A DNA stretch of 64,000 bases from Minisyncoccota bacterium (GTDB lineage Bacteria; Patescibacteriota; Minisyncoccia; Phycocordibacterales; UBA6065). Where the stretch lies: the NCBI GenBank assembly GCA_035546035.1, contig DASZXC010000003.1, positions 64,479 through 128,478 on the forward strand. The letters are read 5' to 3'. The notes below the pieces were generated by a model that was not told the DNA's origin, searched no databases, and saw only the letters and a list, made by a program, of their open reading frames with translations. How positions within the stretch are numbered: the stretch's first letter is position 1; each line of letters opens with the position of its first letter. Of the stretch, positions 36,292 through 46,618 are shown piece after piece. Both the position numbers and the translations under genes were made by a program.

Positions 36292-36675
36292 CTAGACCCC
36301 GAATTCCTTTCGAAATCGCGCTTCCGTTCTCTCCATTGTAGCGCCATGGTCCAATCCTTTCAAATGGCAGAGTGCGTGGATAAAGAGATAGGCGATCATA
36401 TTAGACGGCTCCCGGTCGAATTGCGGCGCCTGGCGTCCGGCCTCGAGGGGGTTGATGAATACCTCGCCCGAATCAGGGCCAAGCTCGAATGACAGCACGT
36501 TCGGTATATAGTCTTTGTTCTTGGTCCTGATGCTGATCTGGCGTGATTCCTCGTCGCCGACGAAGGCGAGGGAGAGGTCATAGTCAGGGCCCAATACGGC
36601 GTCTTTCATATCGGCAAAAGGCACGCGGGGGAGCGTGCCTTTCGTCTTGTTTATGATGGAGAGCTTTGATGCCAT
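36292..36675 (-). CDS. ybeY: rRNA maturation RNase YbeY
   Basis: NVLSF, HALCHLKGLDH. Confidence 0.88.
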   Translation of the reverse strand: MASKLSIINKTKGTLPRVPFADMKDAVLGPDYDLSLAFVGDEESRQISIRTKNKDYIPNVLSFELGPDSGEVFINPLEAGRQAPQFDREPSNMIAYLFIHALCHLKGLDHGATMERTEARFRKEFGV

Positions 36676-36677
36676 CT

Positions 36678-36932
36678 CTATCGCTTGCCCTTGCCTCGAG
36701 GAAGGTCGGGATTGATCTTGCCGAGCTTGATCTGCTCCGCGCGGTCTTCGCGGCGCTTGATGCCTTCGAGGGTCTTCATCTTTCGCTTGTACGATGAGAG
36801 GGTGCGCTCGTGATAGCGGATGCCGCGGACGCGAGGGAGGACGCCCGAACCCTGGACGCGCTTCGTGAAGCGCCTCAAGAGGCCCAATGGGTTCTCTGTG
36901 CCGTTCCTTACGATTTCTACGTTGGTTGCCAT
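36678..36932 (-). CDS. rpsU: 30S ribosomal protein bS21
   Basis: ENPLGLLRRFTKRVQGSG; basic small protein. Confidence 0.75.
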   Translation of the reverse strand: MATNVEIVRNGTENPLGLLRRFTKRVQGSGVLPRVRGIRYHERTLSSYKRKMKTLEGIKRREDRAEQIKLGKINPDLPRGKGKR

Positions 36933-36987
36933 AGACGGATAGCCTATCACAGGGCCCTAAAAAGCTCAAGTTTAGGGCCTCTGAGGC

Positions 36988-38247
36988 CTATACCTTGTAT
37001 TTTTTGAGCTTCGCCGGGGCATCTCCGATGAGGACGGTGTCCTGCGAGCGGGTGGCCGAATCGCGGACGATGACGCTGCCTTCCATAGCTTCCTTTTTGC
37101 CCATGATGACGACGGCAGGGGCCTGGGTCTTTTCGGCGATGCCGACCTGGCCGGCCATCTTGTCCTTGGCGAGGGACTGGATGACGGGGATGCCCGCTTG
37201 GCGGAGCGTTTCGATCAGGCGGAGGCTCTTCAGTTTCGCTTCGAAGCCTAGCTGCATGAAGCAGATCTGCGGAGCGAGCAGTTTCGCTATCTTCGACGGC
37301 TTCAATATCTCGCCCTTCGCCGGCTTGCCGACGAAGGCCAGGGAAACGCCGACGGCAGGAAGGTCTTTCTTGTGGCCGAGCCGCTTGGCGAGCGTGTCAT
37401 AGCGGATGCCGATGGCGAGGGGGTGCGCCTTCGGGTCGCTCTTGCGGATCTCGAACACCGTTTCGCTGCAGAAATCGCGATTGGCGACCAGGGCATTCGT
37501 GATAGCGTAGGGGATCTCGAGCGTTTCGAGGTATTCCAAGACTTCCTTGAAATGTTGACGTGAGCGCTCCGAGAGGAAATTGATGGATTTAGGGCAGTCT
37601 TCGGTCAGGCGGCGGCAGGCCTCGTGATCGCAGCCGAGGAGGCTGAATACGTCCTTTTTCATCACGTCGCGGCATTTCTGCGGCAGGTTCGCCATGTTCT
37701 TGCGATAGTATGCGGTGATCTCGCGGGTGAATCGGGCGAGCGATTCCTTGTCGCCGATAGAGTTTATCTCGACGTGAAGGTCGGTTTCGCCGCGCTCCTT
37801 GAATGCGGCGAGCGCCGCCTGAATCAAGAGCGCCTCGGCGATCGATTTATTCGCGCCGACGATCTCAAGGCCGTAATGAGACTCCTTCGGATTGGCCTTG
37901 CGACGGTCGCCTACGAACGGTTTTTTATAGAAGAACATGACCGGCTGGGGCAGGGTCCACATCTTCTCCCGCTCATAGAGCCTGATGAGGGCGATCTTCT
38001 CCTCGAGGCGCACCGCCGCGCCTTCTTCGTGGTTGTCGTGGTCTACGACGATCTCGGCCTCGCTGATCTTCTTGGCCTCGGCGCTGTCTTCGGGATTGAT
38101 ATGAGGCAGGGCGAGGGGGGTGAAGCCGTAAAAGAGGGCGACTTCGCCGATCTTATCTATACCCTCATACGAGACGTATTTCGGATGGGACAATGCGGGG
38201 CGCTTGGTCTTGCGCGCAGGCTTCTTAGGGGTCGAAACGGTGCTCAT
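36988..38247 (-). CDS. Histidyl-tRNA synthetase-like protein with degenerate catalytic motifs
   Basis: HisS-like core (INSIG, ETVFEI, RYD.L) plus anticodon-binding domain. Confidence 0.75.
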   Translation of the reverse strand: MSTVSTPKKPARKTKRPALSHPKYVSYEGIDKIGEVALFYGFTPLALPHINPEDSAEAKKISEAEIVVDHDNHEEGAAVRLEEKIALIRLYEREKMWTLPQPVMFFYKKPFVGDRRKANPKESHYGLEIVGANKSIAEALLIQAALAAFKERGETDLHVEINSIGDKESLARFTREITAYYRKNMANLPQKCRDVMKKDVFSLLGCDHEACRRLTEDCPKSINFLSERSRQHFKEVLEYLETLEIPYAITNALVANRDFCSETVFEIRKSDPKAHPLAIGIRYDTLAKRLGHKKDLPAVGVSLAFVGKPAKGEILKPSKIAKLLAPQICFMQLGFEAKLKSLRLIETLRQAGIPVIQSLAKDKMAGQVGIAEKTQAPAVVIMGKKEAMEGSVIVRDSATRSQDTVLIGDAPAKLKKYKV

Positions 38248-38278
38248 ACGGGTATGATTTGAATATTAATACGGACGG

Positions 38279-38887
38279 CTACTCCTGCGCCTTCTCGAGC
38301 GTGTCGAACATGGTCGAGCTCGCCGCCTCGCCCGGCCACAGGCCGATCTTCGAGAACGGGAGCAGCCTCACGAACGGCCTGCCGATGAGGTCGCTCTTCG
38401 GCAGAGGACCCCATACGCGGGAGTCCGAGCTGACGAGTCTGTTGTCGCCCATGACGAAATACTCGTCGGGACCGAGGGTCTCCGTCAGATTGCCGAACGT
38501 GCGCGAATGTATATACGGCTCGTTCAATCGCACACCCTGCGGATTTTCCTTGTTCATGACCGTGACGGAGTCGCTTTTGACGACGATGGTTTCCCCCGGG
38601 AGGCCGATGAGCCTCTTTATGAAATATTTGGACGGATCCTGCGGATAGCGGAATATGAGGACGTCGCCGCGCGAAGGCTCGTGGAAGTGGTAGGATATCT
38701 CGTCCACGATCAGATATTCGCCGTTCGCGAACGTAGCGTCCATCGAGTCTCCGTTCACGACGAACGGCTGAGCGACCCACATGCGGACCGGGACGACGAT
38801 GACGAGGGCGAAGAGGGCGTAATAGAGGAGCTCTTTCCAAAACGAGCCTTGCTTTTGAGGTCGGGCTTGCTCGTTTTCAGGTTGCAT
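38279..38887 (-). CDS. lepB: Signal peptidase I
   Basis: GDSM, IKRLIGLPGE, GDNRLVSSDSR. Confidence 0.95.
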   Translation of the reverse strand: MQPENEQARPQKQGSFWKELLYYALFALVIVVPVRMWVAQPFVVNGDSMDATFANGEYLIVDEISYHFHEPSRGDVLIFRYPQDPSKYFIKRLIGLPGETIVVKSDSVTVMNKENPQGVRLNEPYIHSRTFGNLTETLGPDEYFVMGDNRLVSSDSRVWGPLPKSDLIGRPFVRLLPFSKIGLWPGEAASSTMFDTLEKAQE

Positions 38888-39001
38888 CGAGAGAGAAGAT
38901 TAATTGGGTTGATGTAGTTTAGTACGAAGACGGCTATGGACACAATGGCATATCGCATGTTGTGGACATGACCGCGGCCTTCCGTGGCATATAATGGGCG
39001 C

Positions 39002-39646
39002 ATGATAATCATCGGACTCGGAAATCCCGGCGCTGAATACGAAGGCACGCGGCACAATGCAGGCCGCGAGGCGGTCATGGCATTCGCCAAGAAGACGGGC
39101 ATGGGCGAATTCGAAATGGACAAGAAAGCCCAGGCTCTGGTCCTGACGGGCAGCGTGGACGGCAAGGCGGGCAAGGGCAAGGCGACGCTCGTCCTCCCGG
39201 AGACCTTCATGAACAAATCCGGCGCATCAGCCGGCAGATTCGCCAAGGGCGCGAAGAAAATGAAGGACTCGCAGGGCAAGGCGATCAAGGCTTTCCCTGA
39301 AATGATCATCGTTCACGACGATCTCGACATTCCTTTAGGCAAAGCGAAGATGTCCTGGGACAAAAGCGCCGGCGGCCACAAGGGCGTCGCGTCCGTCCTG
39401 AAAGCGCTCGGCACCGAAGCCGTGTTCCGCATCAGGATCGGCATCACTCCCGCCAAAGCGTCGGGCGCATTGAAGAAGCCCGATCATGAGACGATCATAG
39501 ACAATTTCATCGTCGCCGGATTCAAAGAGAAGGAAGCGGGCGAACTGAAGAAGGTCATAAAGAAAGTCGTCGACTGTCTCGAGCTCGCCGTCACGGATTC
39601 TCCGGAGCGGGCCATGAGCGAATATAACGCCGAGTTCAATAGATAG
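39002..39646 (+). CDS. pth: Peptidyl-tRNA hydrolase
   Basis: GLGNPG..Y..TRHNAG, FMNKSG, HDDLD, GGHKG. Confidence 0.95.
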   Translation: MIIIGLGNPGAEYEGTRHNAGREAVMAFAKKTGMGEFEMDKKAQALVLTGSVDGKAGKGKATLVLPETFMNKSGASAGRFAKGAKKMKDSQGKAIKAFPEMIIVHDDLDIPLGKAKMSWDKSAGGHKGVASVLKALGTEAVFRIRIGITPAKASGALKKPDHETIIDNFIVAGFKEKEAGELKKVIKKVVDCLELAVTDSPERAMSEYNAEFNR

Positions 39647-39667
39647 CCGAAGGCGTTCCCTCCAAAT

Positions 39668-39784
39668 AAAATGGCGTCTGTCCTTGCTAGACAGACGCCG
39701 GTTTTGGTGTCAGGTGCTTAGGGGTGTCGCACCAGGCAACAGGGCTCAGTTCGGGGGTAAAAAAGAGCCTTATTTCAGCTTTCC
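39668..39784 (-). ncRNA. Candidate small RNA with two C-rich loops
   Basis: TTGACT-N17-TATGAT promoter (39818-39790), two hairpins, then an intrinsic terminator; no credible ORF. Confidence 0.55.
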
Positions 39785-39872
39785 TTCTAATCATACACCT
39801 TAATGATCTATAAGTCAAGTAAGATGCAGACCCCGTACTTTTAATACGCCGGAGATAGAGATTTACATTCAG

Positions 39873-39933
39873 GCCAGCAAGAGCATATAAAAACACCCCA
39901 GACCCCGGGGTGTTTTTATATGCTCTTGCTGGC
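39873..39933. repeat. Long inverted repeat (27-bp arms), family copy 3
   Basis: GCCAGCAAGAGCATATAAAAACACCCC-N7-GGGGTGTTTTTATATGCTCTTGCTGGC. Confidence 0.88.
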
Positions 39934-39941
39934 TAAGCCCT

Positions 39942-41075
39942 CTACTTCTTCTCTCCGGCGTACGAGAGCGTCATCTTCTGATTCGCCGCGTCGAACAAGG
40001 TTATCTTGAACGGATATACCTTGCCGAGCTCGAGGTTGGCGCGGAGCTTCTCCTCGGATTCGAATTCAGAGACATGGACGAGGCCCGCAACGCCTTCTTC
40101 GATCGAAGCGAGCGCGCCGTGGCGGTTGAACTTGATCACGATGCCTTTGACGACCATATCCTTCTTGTACTTCTTGCCGGCCTCTGCCCATGGGTTCGGC
40201 TTGAGGGCCTTGATCGAGAGCGACACTTTGCCGTCCTTGACCTCGATGACCTTCACGCGGACCTTGTCGCCGACCTTGAAGCGAGTCTTCGGATCTTCGA
40301 CGAGAGCCCAGTCGATCTCCGAGATGTGGACGAGGCCTTCGAGCCCTTCGTCGATCTTGACGAAGACGCCGAAGTCGACCATGCCGGTGACCTTGCCTTC
40401 GATCTCGTCGCCGACCTTGAATTTAGCGACCGCTACCGCCTTGTCCTTGCCTTCGACGGAGTTCTTCTCCGAGAAGATGAGCTTGCCCTCCTTAGGGAAT
40501 GCGCCGATGATCGAAACGGCGATCTTAGTGCCGACGAGCTTCTTCAATTCCTCGAGAATGCGGTCCTTGTCGCCGTCCTGTACGCGAGGATAGTGCTCGG
40601 GCTTGAGCTGGGACGCAGGGAGGAAGCCCTGGATGCCCTGCCATTCGATGATGAGGCCGCCCTTGTTCGCTTCCTTGATAGGGAGCTCGAGGATGGTCTT
40701 CGCAACGATGGCCTGCTCCGCCTCGGTCCAGATCAAAGCCTGGCGAGCCTCCTTGAGGGAGAGCTCGACGTAGCCTTCCTTGTTCGAAGCGTCGACGACT
40801 TTGGCCGATACCTTGTCGCCGATGTTGATCTTCTTGATGACGTCGCGCGCGAGGATGTATTCGCGGCCGTAGATAATACCGGTACCGAACGGAGGGAGGT
40901 CTACGAAGACGCCCTTCTTGTCGATAGCGATGACGGAACCCTCCACGAGGTCTCCGACGTTAGGAGGAGTAGCCGAAGCGGCGAGCATCTTGCCCATTGC
41001 CGTCTCCGACTTCTTCTTTGCCTCGGCCTCTGCTGCGAGAACGGCCTCGGTCTTTTTGGTTGTTTCTTTTGCCAT
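39942..41075 (-). CDS. rpsA: 30S ribosomal protein bS1
   Basis: Four S1 domains; GFLPASQL, EGLVHISE. Confidence 0.92.
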   Translation of the reverse strand: MAKETTKKTEAVLAAEAEAKKKSETAMGKMLAASATPPNVGDLVEGSVIAIDKKGVFVDLPPFGTGIIYGREYILARDVIKKINIGDKVSAKVVDASNKEGYVELSLKEARQALIWTEAEQAIVAKTILELPIKEANKGGLIIEWQGIQGFLPASQLKPEHYPRVQDGDKDRILEELKKLVGTKIAVSIIGAFPKEGKLIFSEKNSVEGKDKAVAVAKFKVGDEIEGKVTGMVDFGVFVKIDEGLEGLVHISEIDWALVEDPKTRFKVGDKVRVKVIEVKDGKVSLSIKALKPNPWAEAGKKYKKDMVVKGIVIKFNRHGALASIEEGVAGLVHVSEFESEEKLRANLELGKVYPFKITLFDAANQKMTLSYAGEKK

Positions 41076-41286
41076 GAATGAAAAAGGCCTGAAATGTCTC
41101 TCCGCGCAGTTACTCGTAGCTTTGCCCTGACGGGCGCCTGCGGAAAGGGTTAATTTCGAGGTATTTTCTTGTAAATACTGATCGAAACGTAGGTTTCGGC
41201 CAGCTCGGACATACTATCAAAAGACGGAATAAAGTAAAGAAACGCGCGCCCTAGAAACAAATCGCGAAATACTCTATACTCTCCGC

Positions 41287-41919
41287 ATGGTAATAACGTA
41301 TCAAGGCGGCGCGTCCGTAAAGGTCCAGTTCGGCGATATCACGCTCGCGGTCAATCCCGTATCCAAGGACTCGAAGAAGCTCAAGCCGTCCAAATTCGGC
41401 TCTGACATCGCCCTCGTCTCCATAAACGACGTCGACTGGAACGGCGTCGACACGGTCTCGTTCGGCGAAAAGAAAGCGTTCGCCATCAGCGGTCCGGGCG
41501 AATATGAAATAAAGGGCGTATTCATCAAGGGCTTCAAGTCCGATTCGAAATACGGCGGGGAAGACAGGATCAACGCTATATATACGGTCAACCTCGAGAA
41601 TATGAATCTCTGCTTCCTCGGCGCCCACGGGGGCAAAGATCTTCCGGATGAAGCGTCGGAGGCTCTCGACGACGTTGATATCCTCTTCGTCGCCCTCGGC
41701 GCCGACGGCGTCATGTCGCCGGCCGACGCGTATAAGCTCGCGGTGAACATCGGTCCGAAGCTCATCATTCCACTCTCATTCGGCAACAGCGCGGCGCTCA
41801 AGACTTTCCTCAAAGAAGCGGGCGAAGAATCCGTTAAGCCGCAGGATAAGCTCACGCTCAAGAAAAAAGATCTCGAAGGAAAGGAAGCCGACGTCGTCCT
41901 CCTCGAACCGGCGGCATAG
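41287..41919 (+). CDS. MBL-fold protein
   Basis: GPGEYEIKG; PKLIIP. Confidence 0.75.
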   Translation: MVITYQGGASVKVQFGDITLAVNPVSKDSKKLKPSKFGSDIALVSINDVDWNGVDTVSFGEKKAFAISGPGEYEIKGVFIKGFKSDSKYGGEDRINAIYTVNLENMNLCFLGAHGGKDLPDEASEALDDVDILFVALGADGVMSPADAYKLAVNIGPKLIIPLSFGNSAALKTFLKEAGEESVKPQDKLTLKKKDLEGKEADVVLLEPAA

Positions 41920-41952
41920 TCAGCGTGAAAATAATAGGGCGGCGCAACGCAC

Positions 41953-42237
41953 ATGTTCGAATATTTCGAAAATCTCCGAAAGAAGCCTGAAGCCGAGAGG
42001 CGCAAGGCCGTCGTTCTCATATCGCTGGCCATCACGCTCGCGATCGGCCTTATATGGGGCGCCTTTCTCTATATGCGCATCAGCGTCACGGATTTCTCGT
42101 TCCCGAGCGACCAGGCGGCGAAAGGCATGCCGGGCTTCGGCCGAATCTTCTCTGATTTCATGAAGAATGCGGGCGTCATTTTCGGCGCCTCGGACGACGC
42201 TCAGGCGACCGATACGGGGGTGGCAGAGACGCAGTAA
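41953..42237 (+). CDS. Small membrane hypothetical protein
   Basis: LRKKPE..R followed by a TM helix. Confidence 0.65.
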   Translation: MFEYFENLRKKPEAERRKAVVLISLAITLAIGLIWGAFLYMRISVTDFSFPSDQAAKGMPGFGRIFSDFMKNAGVIFGASDDAQATDTGVAETQ

Positions 42238-42315
42238 AAATGCTATAATAGACGTAATAAAATCTTGCAGAAGCGCCTTTTATTTTCGCCTTAACCTAAC
42301 GCTTTAATAACCTTT

Positions 42316-44787
42316 ATGGCCGCAAAAAATCCCGCTGCTACGCCTGATCCGAAACTTCCGCTCGTCGAAAAGGGCATCGTCGGCCGCTCGATCGTGACGG
42401 AGATGCGCGAGTCGTACCTCGACTATGCGATGTCCGTCATTACGAGCCGCGCGCTTCCTGACGTGCGCGACGGCCTCAAGCCCGTCCATCGCCGCATCCT
42501 CTATGCGATGAACGAGATCGGTCTCACCGCATCCGCCAAGACGCGAAAGTCCGCGACCGTGGTCGGCGAAGTGCTCGGTAAATACCACCCGCACGGCGAC
42601 GCGGCGGTATACGAATCGATGGTCAAGATGGCGCAGGACTTCTCGATGCGCTATCCCCTCATCATCGGCCAGGGCAACTTCGGCTCGATAGACGGCGACG
42701 GCGCTGCGGCGATGCGCTATACCGAGGCGAAGATGTCGCGCATGGCGGCAGAGCTCCTTAAGGACCTCGAAAAGGAGACCGTCGAATTCCGTCCGAACTA
42801 TGACAACACTAAAAAAGAGCCTGCGGTCCTTCCGGCGGCCGTCCCTAATCTCTTATTGAATGGTACGCTTGGCATCGCCGTCGGCATGGCGACGAATATC
42901 CCTCCGCATAATCTGGGCGAAGTGATCGACGCGACCACGCACCTCATCGAGAACAAAGACGCGACGACCGAAGACCTGCTTAATTTCATAAAAGGCCCCG
43001 ACTTCCCGACGGGCGGCAACATTTTCAGCGAAAAAGACATCCAGCACGCCTATGCCACCGGCAAGGGCGGCATCCTGGCGCGCGGCGACGCCGAGATCGT
43101 CGAGAACAAGGCTGGCCAGTTCCAGATCGTCATCACGTCCATCCCATACCGCGTCGTCAAAGCCGATCTCATCATGGCGATCGCAGACCTGGTTCGCGAC
43201 AAGAAGATCGAGGGCATCAAGGGCCTCCGCGACGAATCGGCGAAGGATATCCGCGTCGTCATAGACCTCAAGCAGGGGGCTCACCCGCAGAAGGTCCTCA
43301 ACTTCCTCTATAAGCACACCCAGCTCGAGGATACGTTCCATCTGAACATCGTCGCGCTCGTGAAGGGCCGCCCGGAGACGCTCGGCCTCAAATCGATCCT
43401 CGAGAATTTCATCGAGCATCGCATAGAGGTCGTGAAGCGCCGCACGGCATACGACCTCCGCATCGCGGAAGCGCGCGAGCATATCCTGCTTGGCCTTAAG
43501 AAAGCGCTCGACCATATAGACGAGATCATCAAGCTCATCAGGAAGTCCAAGGACGTCGAAGAAGCCAAGGCGGGCCTCATGAAGACGTTCAAGTTCAGCG
43601 ACCTCCAGGCGCAGGCCATCCTCGACATGCGCCTCCAGAAGCTCGCCGGCCTCGAGCGCAAGAAGGTCGAGGACGAATTGACCGCCGTCCAGGCTCTCAT
43701 AAAAGAATTGAAGGACCTCTTGGCTTCGCCGAAGAAGATCCTCGCTGTCATCAAGAAAGAGCTTACCGATATCAAGGAAAAGTACGGCGACGAGCGCCGC
43801 ACCAAGGTCGTGAAGCACGGAGCGAAGGTCATCTCCGACGAGGATCTCATTCCGGACGTCGAGAACGTCCTCGTCCTGACCCAGGGCGGATACGTGAAGC
43901 GCACGATCCCTGACGAATATCGCAAACAGAAGCGCGGCGGCGTCGGCGTCATAGACCTCGATACCAAAGAAGAGGACTTCGTGACGAACCTCGTCACGGC
44001 CAATACGCATGCCGATATCCTGTTCTTTACCGATAAAGGCAAGGCGTATCAGATAAAGATGTACGAGCTCCCGGAGGGAAGGCGCGCTACGAAGGGCAAG
44101 GCTCTCGTGAACTTCCTTTCGCTTGCCGACAACGAGAAGGTCACGTCCATACTGCCGATGCCGAAAGAATCCAAGCAGGGCGGCCTGTCGCTCATGATGG
44201 TCACTAAGGACGGCACGGCGAAGAAGGTAAAAGCAGAAAGCTTCCACGACGTGCGCCGATCGGGCCTCATCGCTATCACGCTCGAATCGGGTGACGCCCT
44301 TATGTCCGTATCGTTCGTATCCAAGGGCGACGAGATGTCCATCGTCACCGCCGAAGGCCAGTCCATCAGGTTCAGGGAATCCGACATCCGCGAAATGGGA
44401 CGATCCGCGATGGGCGTGCGCGGCATATCGTTGGGTAAAGGAGACGCCGTCATCAGCGCCGACGTCATAAAGTCGGGCGCGAAATCCACCCGCCTCATGG
44501 TTATCTCGAAGAACGGCTACGGCAAGACGACCGAAGCGTCCGAATACAAGACCCAGAAGCGCGGCGGCTCCGGCATCCTTACTATGAACGTCACCGACAA
44601 GACCGGTCCCGTCATATCCGCCAAGGTCATCACCGAAGAGGACAGCGAGCTCGTCGCTATGTCAAAGAAATCGCAGGTCGTTCGCGTGTCGCTCGCCGAG
44701 ATACCCGTCCTCGGCCGTTCTACGCAGGGCGTGCGTGTTATGAAATTGCGCGAAGGGGATAGCCTTGCTTCGGTAGTGTGCCTATAA
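42316..44787 (+). CDS. gyrA: DNA gyrase subunit A
   Basis: [22 protein letters not shown], GyrA-box QKRGGVG. Confidence 0.98.
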   Translation: MAAKNPAATPDPKLPLVEKGIVGRSIVTEMRESYLDYAMSVITSRALPDVRDGLKPVHRRILYAMNEIGLTASAKTRKSATVVGEVLGKYHPHGDAAVYESMVKMAQDFSMRYPLIIGQGNFGSIDGDGAAAMRYTEAKMSRMAAELLKDLEKETVEFRPNYDNTKKEPAVLPAAVPNLLLNGTLGIAVGMATNIPPHNLGEVIDATTHLIENKDATTEDLLNFIKGPDFPTGGNIFSEKDIQHAYATGKGGILARGDAEIVENKAGQFQIVITSIPYRVVKADLIMAIADLVRDKKIEGIKGLRDESAKDIRVVIDLKQGAHPQKVLNFLYKHTQLEDTFHLNIVALVKGRPETLGLKSILENFIEHRIEVVKRRTAYDLRIAEAREHILLGLKKALDHIDEIIKLIRKSKDVEEAKAGLMKTFKFSDLQAQAILDMRLQKLAGLERKKVEDELTAVQALIKELKDLLASPKKILAVIKKELTDIKEKYGDERRTKVVKHGAKVISDEDLIPDVENVLVLTQGGYVKRTIPDEYRKQKRGGVGVIDLDTKEEDFVTNLVTANTHADILFFTDKGKAYQIKMYELPEGRRATKGKALVNFLSLADNEKVTSILPMPKESKQGGLSLMMVTKDGTAKKVKAESFHDVRRSGLIAITLESGDALMSVSFVSKGDEMSIVTAEGQSIRFRESDIREMGRSAMGVRGISLGKGDAVISADVIKSGAKSTRLMVISKNGYGKTTEASEYKTQKRGGSGILTMNVTDKTGPVISAKVITEEDSELVAMSKKSQVVRVSLAEIPVLGRSTQGVRVMKLREGDSLASVVCL

Positions 44788-44794
44788 TAGGTGC

Positions 44795-45325
44795 ATGTTC
44801 TCCGACCCTCGGCACAATATCGAACAATTAGGCCTTTCTGACGGCGCGATCGTCGCCGATTTCGGCGCGGGCTCCGGCTTCTATGCGGTAGAAGCCGGGA
44901 AAGCCGTCGCTCCGAGCGGCACGGTATACGCCGTCGATATACAAAGAGAGCTTCTCGAGCGCCTGAAAAAAGAAGCGCAACGTCTCGGCGCTAAAAACAT
45001 AGAGATCATCGCAGGCAATATCGAAAAACTGGGCGGCTCTAAAATAAGGGAGGGAACGTGCGACGCTGTCATCGCTTCGAACGTGCTTTTCATGGTCGAG
45101 AACCGCAAGAACCTGATTCTCGAAGCGAAGCGAGTCCTCAAGCCGAACGGCAGGCTCCTCGTCATAGATTGGGCCGCCTCTTTTTCCCAGATGGGCCCGC
45201 ACGGCGATCATGTCATATATAAAGATGATGCCATGAATCTCGGCTTGTCCGCAGGCCTCGAATTCGAGCGCGAGATCCGCGCCGGAGCGCACCACTATGG
45301 TATAATTTTCCGCAAAAGGCAATGA
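44795..45325 (+). CDS. SAM-dependent methyltransferase
   Basis: DFGAGSG, RVLKPNG. Confidence 0.85.
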   Translation: MFSDPRHNIEQLGLSDGAIVADFGAGSGFYAVEAGKAVAPSGTVYAVDIQRELLERLKKEAQRLGAKNIEIIAGNIEKLGGSKIREGTCDAVIASNVLFMVENRKNLILEAKRVLKPNGRLLVIDWAASFSQMGPHGDHVIYKDDAMNLGLSAGLEFEREIRAGAHHYGIIFRKRQ

Positions 45326-46617
45326 GATCAATGTCCCGATTTCAGCTGATTTTCACCGGCATCCTCGTCATCCTCGGTATTGGCGGCGTGGTTGCTTTTG
45401 CCGTATCTAAAAACAACTCTTCGCAGGGTCCGGCAGCCGTCGTCATGTGGGGATCGCTCGGCCAGGATGCCGTCCAAGCGTTCTTGAACAAGGTTGCTCC
45501 CGACCATCAGGACACGCTTAACGTCAGCTATGTATACAAGAGCCCCGCGACGTTCGAGTCGGATCTCGTGGCCGCTCTTGCCCGCGGCGCCGGTCCCGAC
45601 ATGGTGCTCCTTCCGCAGGACCTGATACTGAAGCAGAACGATAAATTCTATGTCATCCCGTTCGACAGCTATTCCGAGCGCACCTTTAAGGATTCGTTCA
45701 TCCAGGAAGGCGAGCTCTTCCTGAACAAAGACGGCATCGTCGGCCTTCCGTTCTCGATAGACCCTCTCGTCATGTATTGGAACCGCGACATGTTCTCCGA
45801 TGCCGGCGTGTCCCAGCCGCCAGTGTCGTGGGCGCAGTTCTTCGACCTCGCGCCGAAGCTCACGACCAAGGCGTCGAACGGCGTCATAACCCAATCTGCC
45901 ATCGCCTTCGGCGAGGCGAGGAACGTCACTCATTTCAAGGACGTGCTCTCGCTCCTTTCCATCCAGGCGGGAACGCCGATCGTCGCGTATGACGCGCAAG
46001 GGAATCTGGCGAGCGTCTTCAATAGCCGCGGCAAGGGATTGGTCCCTGCCGAGGAAGCGCTTTCCTACTACACCGAATTCTCGAACCCGCTCAAGTCGTC
46101 TTATTCGTGGAACCGGTCGCTCGCCAATGACCGCACGTCGTTCATCGCCGGAACGCTCGCCGTATATTTCGGCTCCGCGAGCGAGCTCCGCGGCCTCCGT
46201 TCCGCCAATCCTAACCTCAATTTCGACGTCGCCATGGTCCCGCAGACCGAAGGCAAGAAGGCGACGTTCGGGGCGATGAATGCCATCGCCATTTTGAAGT
46301 CGTCCAAGAACATCGCCGCTTCGTTCGTCGCCGCGGCGACGCTCACGAGCCAGGCTTTAGATACCGAATGGGCGGCCGCGTCGGGATATCCGCCGGTGCA
46401 TCGCGCGCTTCTTTCGAAGACGCCGGGCGATGCCTACAACGCCGTCTTCTATCAGAGCGCGCTTGTTTCGAGCGGTTGGCTCGATCCGAACAGGGAAGCG
46501 ACGACGGAGATCTTCGGTCAATTGATAGAGAACGTCACGTCGGGCAAGCTCCGCGTATCCGAATCGGTCAATCAAGCGACCCAGGAGATAGGGACGCTTC
46601 TGCGCGCGAATCAATGA
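45322..46617 (+). CDS. Extracellular solute-binding protein family
   Basis: N-terminal TM; LPFSIDPLVMYWNRD, NPNLNFDVA. Confidence 0.82.
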   Translation: MRSMSRFQLIFTGILVILGIGGVVAFAVSKNNSSQGPAAVVMWGSLGQDAVQAFLNKVAPDHQDTLNVSYVYKSPATFESDLVAALARGAGPDMVLLPQDLILKQNDKFYVIPFDSYSERTFKDSFIQEGELFLNKDGIVGLPFSIDPLVMYWNRDMFSDAGVSQPPVSWAQFFDLAPKLTTKASNGVITQSAIAFGEARNVTHFKDVLSLLSIQAGTPIVAYDAQGNLASVFNSRGKGLVPAEEALSYYTEFSNPLKSSYSWNRSLANDRTSFIAGTLAVYFGSASELRGLRSANPNLNFDVAMVPQTEGKKATFGAMNAIAILKSSKNIAASFVAAATLTSQALDTEWAAASGYPPVHRALLSKTPGDAYNAVFYQSALVSSGWLDPNREATTEIFGQLIENVTSGKLRVSESVNQATQEIGTLLRANQ

Positions 46618-46618
46618 T

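Noticed and set aside
39687-39896. 69-aa ORF
   Set aside because: Starts inside a palindrome and spans a promoter and hairpins; better explained as ncRNA.
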